DNA of 63,677 nucleotides, the filler included, from Parasitella parasitica NRRL 2501 (lineage: Eukaryota; Fungi; Mucoromycota), in NCBI GenBank assembly GCA_025201805.1. It is 9 parts of 9 records of this genome, joined end to end, with 100 filler letters (N's around TTAATTAATTAA, not from the genome) between each part and the next. Parts side by side here need not be neighbours in the genome. Positions count along the whole stretch, not along the records: positions 17,143 to 29,459 come from MU619485.1; positions 29,560 to 47,606 come from MU619333.1; 7 more parts are not named here. One strand, 5' to 3'. Positions within the stretch are counted from its first letter, which is position 1, and every line of letters starts with the position of its first letter. Below the pieces are notes generated by a model. That model saw only the letters and a program-made list of their open reading frames with translations, was not told where the DNA came from and did no database searches. A program made the position numbers and the translations under genes. Shown in pieces: positions 26,440-38,259 of the stretch.

Positions 26440-27640
26440 CACCTCTTTGGCGATTTCTTTTTGTCCCTTTTCTCTTCATGATAACAATATAAATTATTTG
26501 AATGGCCACAGAAGGCATAAAGATCGTTGTTTAGGACATTGTCACAGCCGTCATGAATTCTACTTCCTTTCGTTTTCTAGCACCAACAACTTTCCTCTTC
26601 TTGCCATTGCCCGGCTCTCTCAAACTTACGTTTATCACACCAGCTGCAGAAATTGCCCCAATCACTGTATGGGATACGCCTCTTGCAGACGGCGATTCCA
26701 CAATTGCGGGCTTACCTCACGTTGACCAACCTCTTGTTCGACGCATGTTTATATCAAACCCTGTTTCATCCAGGAAACACAATTCGGCATGTAGAGCAGG
26801 CCCTTTTGTAACCATTCTTCGACCCACTTTGCACGAGCTTCAATAGTCGTTGGGCTATTTCTAGCTTTGGGGTGGCGGGTGATAACCTTTATATTGAGAT
26901 TACAATCTTCCTTCAGGAATTCAGCGACCCTACTTTTCTTGATCTCCAATCCTTCGAAACTTTTTGTAAGGTTTTCGACTGCGTCCTGAATGACAGCTGT
27001 GGGGTTTTCATCGAAGAAGTCAACTAAGTAAGCTTTGTGCTGTTCATTTAAACGACTTGGAACGCGATTGGATGTTCGAGTTGTTTTTTTGAAAGGAATT
27101 CTATTCTCGGGCTCGTTCTCGTATGCTCTCTTCCATTTTCTCGCAGTTTCTGGATTGACGTTTGCAAGTCGCGCAGCTTCAGATGGCTTGAGTAGATGTT
27201 CATGTATAAAATAAAAGTAACGTCGTTGATCTTCGTCTGAATATGTGTTGTAAGTTGATATTCTCTCTTTCTTTGGCGGTGCCTCTTGCATATCGGTTTC
27301 TTTGGGCTCATCATCGACAACTACTTTTTTGTGTTTGTTATACTTCTGCAGGTTTGTCAGATTTGTTAATCGAAAGAATGGCTCCACAACAAACGCTGCT
27401 GCTTCTTTGCCAGACTCGTCTACATTTCTACCTTTGCCATCCTCGTGAAAGAAATTTATTTCAGTGTTGAATTATTGTACTTATAAAACTTTAAGAGGTC
27501 AAATTACTTCTGAAAAGTGGGCAACTTTTTTTCAAAAAAACTGGGCAAATTAGTCTCTAATATTCGACCAAATTAGTCTCAAAAAAGTGGGTGGCATTTT
27601 CACAAAAGTGGGAAAGTGGGAAAGTGGGAGTGGAAGCACA
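26440..27640 (-). mobile_element. Tc1/IS630-like transposase pseudogene (frameshifted, C-terminally truncated)
   Basis: HTH region (AARLANVNPETARKW) and LNEQHKAYLVDFFDENP, then after a frameshift near 26775 LDETGFDINMRRTRGWS (first catalytic D) and HTVIGAIS. A possible terminus agcacag|TA lies near 27640. Confidence 0.8.
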
Positions 27641-27867
27641 GTAGTAACAGTGCACGCTTTAAAGGTAAGCTTTGGAATTTTTGCATACCATTAAAATTGC
27701 GCGGCTCTAAGTCTGAAATATACATCCATGATGTTTTTTGAAAGACAACCGATAATGAGTTAATACCTGCAATTATCACTAGATCAATAATATATTTTTC
27801 ACCAAATGATGAAGGTATCCATACAGATGGCTGAGTTCATAACATGAATATACAATGGTCTATCAAC

Positions 27868-28530
27868 TGCTTCCATCGAAAAGTCAATCATTTGGTAAAG
27901 GGATTGCTAGAGGTATTTCCACAAGGCTTACAATTGCTGCTATACATGCTTCATCTGCGACTGATGCAGTGTTTGCACGGATTACCATCTCCGTAACATG
28001 AATATATATTTCAATATATACATGACTAGTCCAAACACACCTACTGCTTCCTTCCATCCAAAAGCCAATCATTTGGCAATAAGTGGATTGCTAGAGGTAT
28101 TTCCACAAGTCTAACATATAGGTTGCATCAGTATACTAGCAGTGCTATATCATTAGGTCTAGTTTACTTGTGAAAAAATTAGTAAATGTTATTAGGTTTA
28201 TCATTGTTTAACATCACCTCCTTCTTCTTCTTCTTCAAAAAAAAAAAACGCCTATAAGCAAGGTATATGATGCTTTGTTGAGATTGCCAACCCAAACAAA
28301 ACATTGAACAGGCTCGATGCTTGCTTCCATCCAAAAGTCAATCATTTGGTAAAGGGATTGCTAGAGGTATTTCCACAAGGCTTAAAACTGCTGCTATACA
28401 TGCTCCATCTGCGACTGGGATGCCTTGTTGATATTGCCAGCCTAAACAAAATATTGAACAGGCTCGTTGCTTGCTTCCATCAAAAAGTTAATCATTTTGG
28501 TGAAAGGATCGCTAGAAGTATTTCCAGAGG
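27868..28530 (+). repeat. Four dispersed/tandem copies of a ~60-bp core, the last two forming ~150-bp tandem units
   Basis: tgcttccatc-aaaagtcaatcatttggtaaagggattgctagaggtatttccacaagg at about 27868, 28050, 28322 and 28472. Confidence 0.85.
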
Positions 28531-29111
28531 AAAACAAAATAAAAAAATTTGTGTCGTGGCAGAAATATATATAAAATAAAAAGGAGTTTGATTGGCTAAA
28601 ATTAATTTAGCTTTGTATTTCATGATTACTTGGCAGGCATAATTTAACTTTACGATTAAATTGTAGTATTGCTGGCCTCTGCCTGTTGCTCTGCAGATGC
28701 TTATTGGCTAGACAAAATAAATTGTCTGTATGATAGAATAATGTCCCAGTTGTTGTTTGCAAATGTACCTTTGCGGCTATGATGATATCGCTATCTTCGG
28801 CTAAGATTCGTGCTCTGATAACTTATAGTCTTGGTAAAACTGTCTATGTTTCCTAAAGATGAAGATTGTCTTGTTTAGTTTAATATTTTACTCTCATTAT
28901 ATATAAATAGCCGTATATTATACAATATAGCTTTTTAGACCATTGTATCGGCACATCTTTGTCAAATATGGCTATTGTTTACAGACAATCTTCAGGGCTT
29001 CTTGCTGATTATAGCGTTGAAGTTTATTTTCTTTGATTTGAAAAACAAACTATGCTCTAAGATTTTCACCTTAATCTTATCATTGCTTAAAAAACATTCT
29101 TTTTTATTCAA

Positions 29112-29459
29112 TGTTGGATCAAAAAGATAATAAAAAAACCAAAGGTTAACGAGATACGAAAACTGAAGATACTTTATTTAAGATCGAAATTGCATCTGCT
29201 ATTTATACTTTTTACAACTACATAAATTTATGGTGACTTATTTAGATTACTAATTGACAAGACTAATTCACAGTGACAATCTACTTGACAGGGTACGATA
29301 TGAGGTTATACAGCAAGGGCTACACGTCTTTGATCTGACAGAGCCTTAACCTTTATCCTGGTGCTCAGATCTGTGTTACTTACAGGTATAACCTTCTTGA
29401 TTTGAAACAGAGACTTTATTCTCCAATTTACACAAGCGTATCACATCACATCATTGGAC
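29112..29459 (+). mobile_element. Solo-LTR-like repeat, family A (5' part, runs into the gap)
   Basis: Starts TGTTGGATC and is nearly identical to 58592-58686 plus 59618-59728. A diverged inverted relative lies at 58964-59395. Confidence 0.75.
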
Positions 29460-30074
29460 NNNNNNNNNNNNNNNNNNNNNNNNNNNNNNNNNNNNNNNNN
29501 NNNTTAATTAATTAANNNNNNNNNNNNNNNNNNNNNNNNNNNNNNNNNNNNNNNNNNNNAAACCAAACTGTTTTTTGCCATTATCTCGCTCAAAAATCTG
29601 TATTTTTCAACCAAACAAAAATAATTTGGTAGCTATTTTGTAGCTCTATGTTTTCATTGCTATATCATGTATTTTTAATTACTATCTTTCACTTTGAAAG
29701 TTATGAAAATAAACCAAGCCTCTGCTAAAAACATAGGAAAATATTTTTTTTCAACCTATCTATCTAAAACTAACACAGCTAGTAGAGAGTTAAGTTTCAA
29801 ATAGATTTTAATAATTAATCAAGCCGAAATGTTTTAGTAGTTTGTTGAGAAACAGAAAGACAAAGTTTAGCGTAAAAACATTAAATTGGCTCATGTTTGT
29901 CGAATTTGAGCCTTACTACAACATATATAATACCAGTAGGTGTACCAAAACGTACTTTATTACTTTACTTAGGAACTTAAACAGGGTCTAATTGCAAAAT
30001 ATGGTGCTTGTTATAGGAACATATGCTGAAAAATCTGCAAAATCTGCAAAATTTAGTTTTGGCAATATCTCGAC

Positions 30075-31410
30075 TGTGAAAAACATTCACTATGATGATC
30101 TGCATTCCACTTCTAGATTCATCCAGTTACCTTAAATTGATATAAACTACATATGCGCACAGATAATAAGATGTGCAATACAGATTTATACTATATAAGA
30201 TATAAGCTAGAGACGGCACCATTTGGATGGATGACGCTATAGACTGATACTTATATCTCGGCACGAGCCTTAGACATTTACTAGATTTAGTATATGCTAC
30301 GAGCTTATGCTATATAAGATCTATGCTTCAGATGCGCATGTTGTATCCATAGAATACCATGGTTACCACTATTTCAACTCAGTTGTCATGGCAACCATTC
30401 CTAATCGAATCTAAGGTTAAATGGCATCGATTATTCTATCTAGTAAATAGAAGTATTCAATAGAATGTCTTGTATAAGAAACCATCGATTTGGGTTCTAC
30501 TTATTCTAAATTGCGAAGCTCAACTTATCGATGAATGATTCACATTCATAACGATTAGCTGATTAAATATAGAAATAGGTCTTGCTCTGACTACTACTGT
30601 CTTATAATCTTGTTTGACAATTAAATGTCAAACATGACCTGATTGTATTTTATAGATTGATTTAGATAGATTTAGTCTAATATAAATAGACAGTTTCTTG
30701 TCAATCAATAAATCAATAGTTTTGTATCTGGTAAACTAAGTCTTTATTACATTCTTATATTTTTATATCACATACAATCACCTGCTGTGCTCAATTTCAA
30801 GACCTGGCACAACAGCGTATTCCCAGTTTCTAGATACGCACTACAAGACATATACTTATATCCATGATACTAGCTACAGATACATCATGTACTACAGACT
30901 TGTACAATATGTGCAATGCTATAGATATTCTTATGACAGGCAATAGACATGCTACATATACCGATATATGCAAAGATGAATACCAAGTGATATACACTCA
31001 GACATGTACTATTAATATAGACTGGATAAGACTATACAAGGAATGATATACGCCTATGGATCGATATTAATAATCTTCGCATAGAAGATTGATCAGGGTA
31101 CTACCTCGGGTAAAGTCTATCTCCTCACTCAAATAGATTTAAGTTATCTTGAACCTGCTGATATGTAGGTTAGCACAAAGTTAAGACGCTAGTTACGCAG
31201 TATTGTCGTACATGTTAAATTGCGAGAATAGAACATTTATCCACAGTTTAAGTATATAAAGGTTCATCTACCTGGCCAGTAGATGAACTAGAGCTTTATA
31301 CACCTGTCGATTTGATAATAAAACCTAGACCTTTATCAAGTTGACTTTATTGTTTTTTTTATTATAGTTTTTTTCCGTGAATCCATATAACAATCTATAC
31401 CGATTCCACA
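30075..31410 (+). mobile_element. Solo LTR, family D (TG...CA), with a perfect TCGAC TSD; contains LTR B
   Basis: tcgac|TGTGAAA...TTCCACA|tcgac, with a second partial copy at 47808-48449. Confidence 0.85.
30339..30814 (+). mobile_element. Solo LTR, family B (TGTTGT...ACAACA), with a GCGCA/GCGTA TSD
   Basis: The empty site cagat-GTGTA-ttccc is present in the D copy near 47848, and an inverted B copy lies at 58687-59612. Confidence 0.85.
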
Positions 31411-32094
31411 TCGACAACAAAGATAGATATCTAGAATCGGAAGACGTAGTGAGGTACAGCTATCATACCATCACTTGGATATATACTTGGCTTGGACCCC
31501 AAATTCGTAGTACCTAAAAATGAGCCTGAAGGTTGACCCAAAGTTGAAAATTGAAAATCGAATACAAGGTGTGGGGTGCAAGAACATAGCAAAATCTGAA
31601 GAATGGTCAGAAATATTTGAGATATGTTATAAAATAGTTGAAACAAAAAATATTTTGGCTGAAAGTTGTGTCTCCCTCGCTTAATAGTTTGTAAAAATAG
31701 CAGTTATTGCAGATTGTGCCTTTAAGCGTGGAAAAGGGTTATATCTTCGATTTAGTGGTATATTACTGTACTTCATCCAAAAAAGAAAGTATGTAGAAAT
31801 AGCTTTTGAGACCCTAATATTCAGCATCTCAACTGTTTGATTTATATCGACACATTATCCAAGCTACCTATTAGAATACTTCGATCTTCGATTGAAAATA
31901 TGGTACACTCATTTACAATGATTATATGCAGTAGTAGACTGTAAATTCAATCTTTGGGTAATATGTTTCCATTTGAGTCAAAACACACTTCATTGCTAGA
32001 TATTTCAAGTAAATAATAGATATATCAGATTTTTGTACTAAGTAATTTCTTGCAACATATAGACCACAAGATTGTGCAATTACTTTTGATATTA

Positions 32095-32420
32095 CCCGAT
32101 TTATCAGAATGAGAAATTATTCAAATGAAATGGTTGTGAATAAATCAGGTAAAGATCTCGTTTATTACATGGAAAAAATGATGGTTTATATACTAGTGAA
32201 TCTAATTGGACTGATGGGAGGATAAGATACAAGTGTGAGACATGGTGTGGTTTAGAGAGTGGGACTATAGATTGGTATCTATTGTCCATGAACATGTCAT
32301 GTTGACTTATAAATAAGGAACATGATCCATTGGGATATGTTCCTAAATTGGTTCAGGATTGAGTTTACTTGAGTTTGACTTCCGGTTGGGAAATTGACAC
32401 ATCATTACCAATTGTCAAAT
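32095..32420 (+). repeat. Diverged dispersed repeat also present at about 51340-51605
   Basis: Shared blocks gatttatcagaa, aatcaggtaaagatc-gtttattacat and tccggtt..aattga(c/t)acatca. Confidence 0.5.
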
Positions 32421-33420
32421 ACTCAAAAAGTACCTTTTTGTTAGTTTTTGCCATATTTCGAATGCATGCTACCCTAAAAACACAACCAATCAATTCATCA
32501 CATCAACACTTATACACCAAAATTTTGTTCATAATTGCAGCTTACTTAATGTTTCCCAAATAACTAAAATCTTGTTTCGACCAAAATCAATCAGCGTACA
32601 ATATTTGCGGATTTATCAGGCTATGACAGTATCTGAAATCATGATGGGATCTTTTTTAAAAAAGGACTAGTTGTTTTAATGCATCTATTATTAATTATAG
32701 AATGATTATAATGAAGGGTTTAAACGGCTAGTATGTTGTCTTGCATACTGGCTCAGTATCTAATTAAAATTGAGAAGGCAACATTAAAGCCTTTACATCT
32801 TAGTCATAAAAAAAATCTGCAATTCAGACTCATTCGCCCCCACAGTTACCCCACGGGTATACATTGTTAACATTGTGTTTCAAACATTTGCCGGGTTAAT
32901 ATCCTTGATATTAATTCTAGCTTTTTTGGCGGTTACTGCAGGGCTTTGATTCATTGCAAAGGACATTACGAAAACTTTTAATTCTCCAAGCATAACATTC
33001 TTGTATTGTATTTTACTGATTTATTTGTTTCCAAGAAGTATGTGATAGCTATCACTAAAATTACTATTATTAGTTTACAATGTTTTGCATTTTCAACAAA
33101 CGTGAAGTTAAGAATAACCATCTATGCTAGTCTACCATTTCTTTCTCAGGATGGCGTTCATATTCTAGTATGAAAATAATTAGTTGCTTAAATATATCAC
33201 CGTGATACAAGAGCTAATTTTACAATAAAAAACCTACCATTCTGTGGAGATATGACTGAATGTAATTGTTACAGACCCTGGAACAATCTCAACGTGTGAA
33301 AATAGCTACTGATCATAAAATCGGAGCTCTTCAGGATGATTTCGTAACGTTTAAAAGGACCCTGCGAACAATCGACGGGTACAACACCACTTTTTTTTCT
33401 CTAGAAAGCCTTACGACATT

Positions 33421-34482
33421 ATGCTCACTGATATTAACAACGTCCCTATTGATCAAGCTATCAACGAAAATGGCTATGTAATTGTAGATAACCTGATCCC
33501 AGAGGAGTTATTCCTCAGACTCAGAAATGCCAGCGATCGTGTTGTCGACAGCGCTAGAAAGGGGGGCTGGAAGTACAGGTACAGACAAAGGCCTTCATTT
33601 TCATAAATGATAAACGAATTAACGTGTGTATATATTCACATATTTAGACGTCTTGTCGGTACACAATTCCCTCCCTGGACAGAAGGTACTGATGTATGGG
33701 GTGTTCAGCATATGATCCACCCTGAATTGAAGGAAAAGGTTTTTGCTGAATGGTACGGATCTCGCAAGCTTTTGGATGCCGTTGAACAACTATTGCACAC
33801 AAAGCATGATGATCTTCAGCTAGGTAAGTTTATATTGGATACGACTAATGAAACTGCAAGTATTAATATGGGTTTTGTCTATTATAGAGCTGTTCAATCT
33901 TTTGATCAATCCTCAAGACTCTGATTTTGACTTGACATGGCATCGTGATGCAATTAAAGCTGAGGCATCCGAAGATGAAGAAAAAGAGAAGCTCAAGATT
34001 CCTCATTACGGAACTCAGTGGAATACGTAAGGATGCGAATCGAGAGGATAATAATATATTGTAACACAAATTATAGTGCCTTGTATGATGATTCCTGTCT
34101 CTTTGTCGTCCCAAACTCCCACCGTCGTGTCAGAACTGAGGCTGAGAGAGATATAACTTTGAATGATCCTAAGAGCCATAAGATGCCCGGTCAATTGCGT
34201 GTAGATTTGAAGCCTGGACAAACTGTTTTTTACGATAACAACATCTTGCATCGCGCTTCGTATGTATCTTCGCAAAAGCGAGCTACTCTGCATGCTTCTA
34301 TGGGTACAATTGAAGGAGGTCATCACCGTGCTGCTGTCATTTTGCAGCATGGCCTTGACTGGATGAGTACGGATGGTTTCAAAGAGACACTTCCTATATC
34401 TCTCCTCAAGCCTCATGCCAATCTCCTTGCCATGGCAGAAAAGGCAGGCATCGCAAACATGCAAGCAAACCCTATTCATTAA
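33421..34482 (+). CDS. Phytanoyl-CoA dioxygenase (PhyH)-family Fe/2OG dioxygenase; 4 exons
   Basis: ENGYVIVDNL, DVWGVQHMIHP, ELFNLLINP, WHRD (HxD), QWNT/ALYDDSCLFVVPNSHRR, LKPGQTVFYDNNILHR and RATLH. Confidence 0.88.
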
Positions 34483-34903
34483 AGACGTGTATGTATAAAG
34501 TGATCTTTGCTGCTATTAAGACTTTTGATATGTTTGCAGTGAGGTCGAGCTCAACTAAATATACACAAAATGATATGAATTATAGAACGACGTGATTTGA
34601 AGGGGGCTCTTGACAATGGCAGGGAATCCAATTGGTTTTTAAATGTTAGTCAATCAGTGAAAGTTAGACAGAATTACAAAAATGTGTACTTTGTGAAAGT
34701 GCAATAGAAAATTTCTTTTTGATTCGCATCATTTGGATGTGTCTTAAAATGGACATGGTCCTATTAATGGCCTGATAAATCTTGTCATAATTCAGCAAAA
34801 AAAAAGGGGGGGGGAGGAGGATATAAAATTCTGGATGGAGACTTGTTGGAGACACCAATAAAGAAAGTTACGCAAAAAGAAAAGAGGTGCAACCCTTAAC
34901 TAT

Positions 34904-34968
34904 CTTTCAACCACCTTTCAACCACCTTTCAACAACCTTTCAATAACCTTTCAACAACCTTTCAACCA
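34904..34968 (+). repeat. Six tandem copies of an 11-bp unit CTTTCAAY(C/A)AC
   Basis: ctttcaaccac-ctttcaaccac-ctttcaacaac-ctttcaataac-ctttcaacaac-ctttcaacca. Confidence 0.9.
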
Positions 34969-35224
34969 AGAAATCTATCTCAAGAAGCTACAAGTGTCAA
35001 TAAATAAACAAGGGCTAGGTGCAGAGATGCAGTTGTCAAAATCAGTGGCATTCTATATGTTAGTTTTACAAACAGTGAAAAATTAAGGGGGTGAAAAATC
35101 TGTAGAACAACCCACGTTTTACGGACAATAACAAGTTTACTATAAAAAGCTAATTTTGACAAAATCTGTACTCTAGCCTTTCTTTTTCTTGTCGAGATAC
35201 TTTAGATTTTAAACGATACATATA

Positions 35225-36761
35225 ATGGAAACGTCCTCATATCTTGCCCAGTCATCGCAGCCCGACGGCGCAGAATTGGCAGCCAAGCTTGTATCCATCT
35301 TTTCAATAACACTACTCTCCACTCTTTTCGGTATCAAAACATTTAATGTACATTATAAATACTTGACCTATTCAAAATGGCTCGTTTTGGCATTATATTT
35401 ATTTTCATGGTCATTTACAACTGTCAGTACGCTACTTGTAACAACAAATAACAGTATGTGTATGATTAATCCAGCCTGATGTTCATGTGTCAATAACAAT
35501 TTCTTGTGTGTATTAGAGAACTATACGTCTTGCTTTTTGTCGATTATGGTCTGCGATATCTTTTATTCAGGCACCAAAATTACGATTTATGCTTGGTATG
35601 CTTGTGATATATCACTTGGAAAAAAAAATTCACCAAATTATTAACATCTAGGCTAATTGAGAAAGTTTACGTTGTATCGTCGATTCGCGAGACAAGATGG
35701 AAATCAAAGGCATATCGCTTTCATCTCTGTTTGATGTTGCCGTATATTGCCATCTTCACATTGATGGTAATGAATGCTTGCCCCATAATGATCGCCGTAT
35801 AATAACCACTTTTGAACAGTTAATTTTCCATGTTGCAGAAATCGATTCCTCTGGCATTTGCTTCATCGGTCTACAGTCTATTGCCTCTCTTCCACTTTTG
35901 GTAACGCCTATACATTTTATTCATACTATAACGTTTGCTAATATATTGTATTCACATAGATTTATGATTTCGTAAGATGAATTTGCTCTTGTGAGTGCCT
36001 TATATCTCTCATTTAACTTTTTGATTAGCTTATCAATTTTTACATGACCATCTTCTTTGTGCGTCCCTTATTGAAACTCGGTGCTGGAGTGAAATCAGGC
36101 TGGAGAGCATCTCGTTTGAATGAAGTGGCATTGAGAACTATGGTCGCATCCGTAGTATGCTTGATAGCCTCATTTGCGAATGTTCTTGCCCTTGTTTTAT
36201 TCAACGGCCGTCAAAGAGGTCTCGTTTGTTTAACATGTTGCACGGTTGATGTAACCATCAATGTTGTTACAATTCATTGGGTATGTTAATTCAGCAAAAC
36301 CAGTCTATATATATACTTGTATTAATCGCTTCGTATCTTGTTAGGTTACTTCCCAGGCACCCGGCAAGAGGATCAAAGAAACAGGTGTGGATTATTCTAC
36401 CCATCACAGAGACTCAACCCATGAAAATTCAGTATATCAACACCCCAACATAAACGAAGACCAAGCCAAAACTTTGCATAAAAATCATAGTGACATTGTG
36501 GATATCATTGCTACACAACAAACAAATGCCATCGCTGCTGGAACAGTTAATTTGTATGGTTTCACAAACAGTGATTTTCAAATTGAAGATTTGAAAACAG
36601 TGCCTCCTTATTCTGCTTCTCCTAATGTCACTAACCATACCAAGTCATCATTTAACAGAAAAGACACAGTCTGCGAAGATCAATCTTCTACAGATAGTCA
36701 TTTTTGTGCTTCCTCTATCCATGAATCACAAAGTAGCCGAAAATCATTAACTAAACGATAA
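35225..36761 (+). CDS. Multi-exon ~7-TM membrane protein with a cytoplasmic tail (GPCR-like, uncharacterised)
   Basis: Successive hydrophobic helices across about 7-8 exons, with CDIFYSGTKITIYAW/LIEKVYVV and CCTVDVTINVVTIHW motifs and a Ser-rich C-terminal tail. Confidence 0.7.
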
Positions 36762-36843
36762 ACCTGCTATGTATTTTTACTTGTACTTTTATCTACTTAT
36801 TTACAGTCGCTATTGAATTGATTAATGTCCATCATTCCTAAGC

Positions 36844-38088
36844 TTAAATTGTATGTGTCTTGAAAGACCTATACATGACTATAGGGAGCTTCCAATCTTT
36901 CTTTTGCAGTTTAACGTCAAACACATTAAAGTTGGCCTTTTCCAACTTTTCCAAATATCTCACATAAGGAATCTAAGGAGAATTCGTTGGTGTCAGATTG
37001 CATTTATCTTGTGCCATTGTAAACAACTTACAGCAGATAGAAGCGCAGGAAATGCTTCCTGTGGGATTTGGCTCATTAATGATCTAGCTGTCAGTAATTG
37101 ATCATAAGCGGCTGTTGCCACGTCGTAGACTGCGTCCTCCATACCGTCAATCTCGCCTCTAAACACGTTCTCTTGAACTAAAGCATACTATATGACAGAT
37201 TCAGCTCATCGTCCGTCTCTCTTTCCTTTTTTTTTTCTTTATCCACCTACCTTGGCCGTGATCTCTGCAGGTAATACTAATCTTTTCTGACTGACGTGAA
37301 ACGGCAACGATCTTAAGAAGGTTGTAATTCCTATCATTTTACCAATATGACTAATAGCATGATCTGCATTTACATCCTTAACGCCCAATGACTCCAATTG
37401 AAGATATAATAAACTGGATTGGGTATTTTCAGAGTAATTTTCCATATCCTTCAAGGTCATAAACTGATGATCATCCAGATTACTGGTCTATAATCCAAGA
37501 TTCGTCAATAATAGTGCATACGCTTGTTAATTTCGAATATACACTGACTCTTTCCGAGATGATACGCTTCATCCACATGGCTGACATTTTTGTTGATTTC
37601 AGTGCTTCAAATAAGGCCAAAGCAATGGGCTGTTCAGGAGGATGGCCCTATTGATAGTTTACATTACTTAATGCCGACAATATACCTATTATCCATACTC
37701 ACTGCATATATTTTATCAATAGTATCCTTCCAGAACTGCATTCTCATCTTGCCTATATCAGGGTTTGAAACATTCTCACGAACAGATGCTAACTCTACAT
37801 TGAAAGCTCGAATAGCATACTGCGTATCCCTCAATTGTGTCGGAAAGAATGGAACGCACAGGTATCCTTCATAATCCCTTAGTCTAGTTGTAAAAATATT
37901 CAGAAACACTGTTACTTTTATACTTGCAGCTCATGTACAAAACATCTCGACATTTACCTGACAGAATCTTTACAATAATTCAAGGCATTCTGCATTCGCT
38001 CGGGGCTGACAGTAGAATGATGTCTTGATACAGTGATCTTTTTGGCTTGGAGAATAGCTTGGCGCCTTGGTTGAAGAAGCAAATTCAT
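36844..38088 (-). CDS. NDUFAF6: NADH dehydrogenase complex I assembly factor 6 (squalene/phytoene synthase-like fold)
   Basis: Mitochondrial-type basic N-terminus, RDYEGYLC, AIRAFNVELA, GKMRMQFWKDTI, PEQPIA, YSENTQSSLLYL, DHAISHIGK and KDWKLP. Confidence 0.88.
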
Positions 38089-38259
38089 TCTCTGTATGGC
38101 GAAGGGTTAATGTAAGTAAGGTGAAAGAAACCCCTTCACCAGGGTTTGGTTAAAATGGCTATTTAAGCTCAGTGACGTTGGGTTGCCACCATGCCCATAT
38201 CCAGGACCTCATGGAATAGTAAATAGATCAAGTCTGTAGGAAAAGATAACGAATTATAA

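Larger units (their letters stand above)
29560..31740. mobile_element. Non-coding repeat family E (MITE-like/non-autonomous), interrupted by LTR D
   Basis: About 29860-30074 joined to 31411-31740 is the reverse complement of the uninterrupted copy at about 52700-53256. Confidence 0.7.

Noticed and set aside
27868-28530. CRISPR-like repeat/spacer array
   Set aside because: The repeats are about 60 bp and degenerate, the spacers are long, unequal and partly duplicated, the context is eukaryotic and no cas genes are present.
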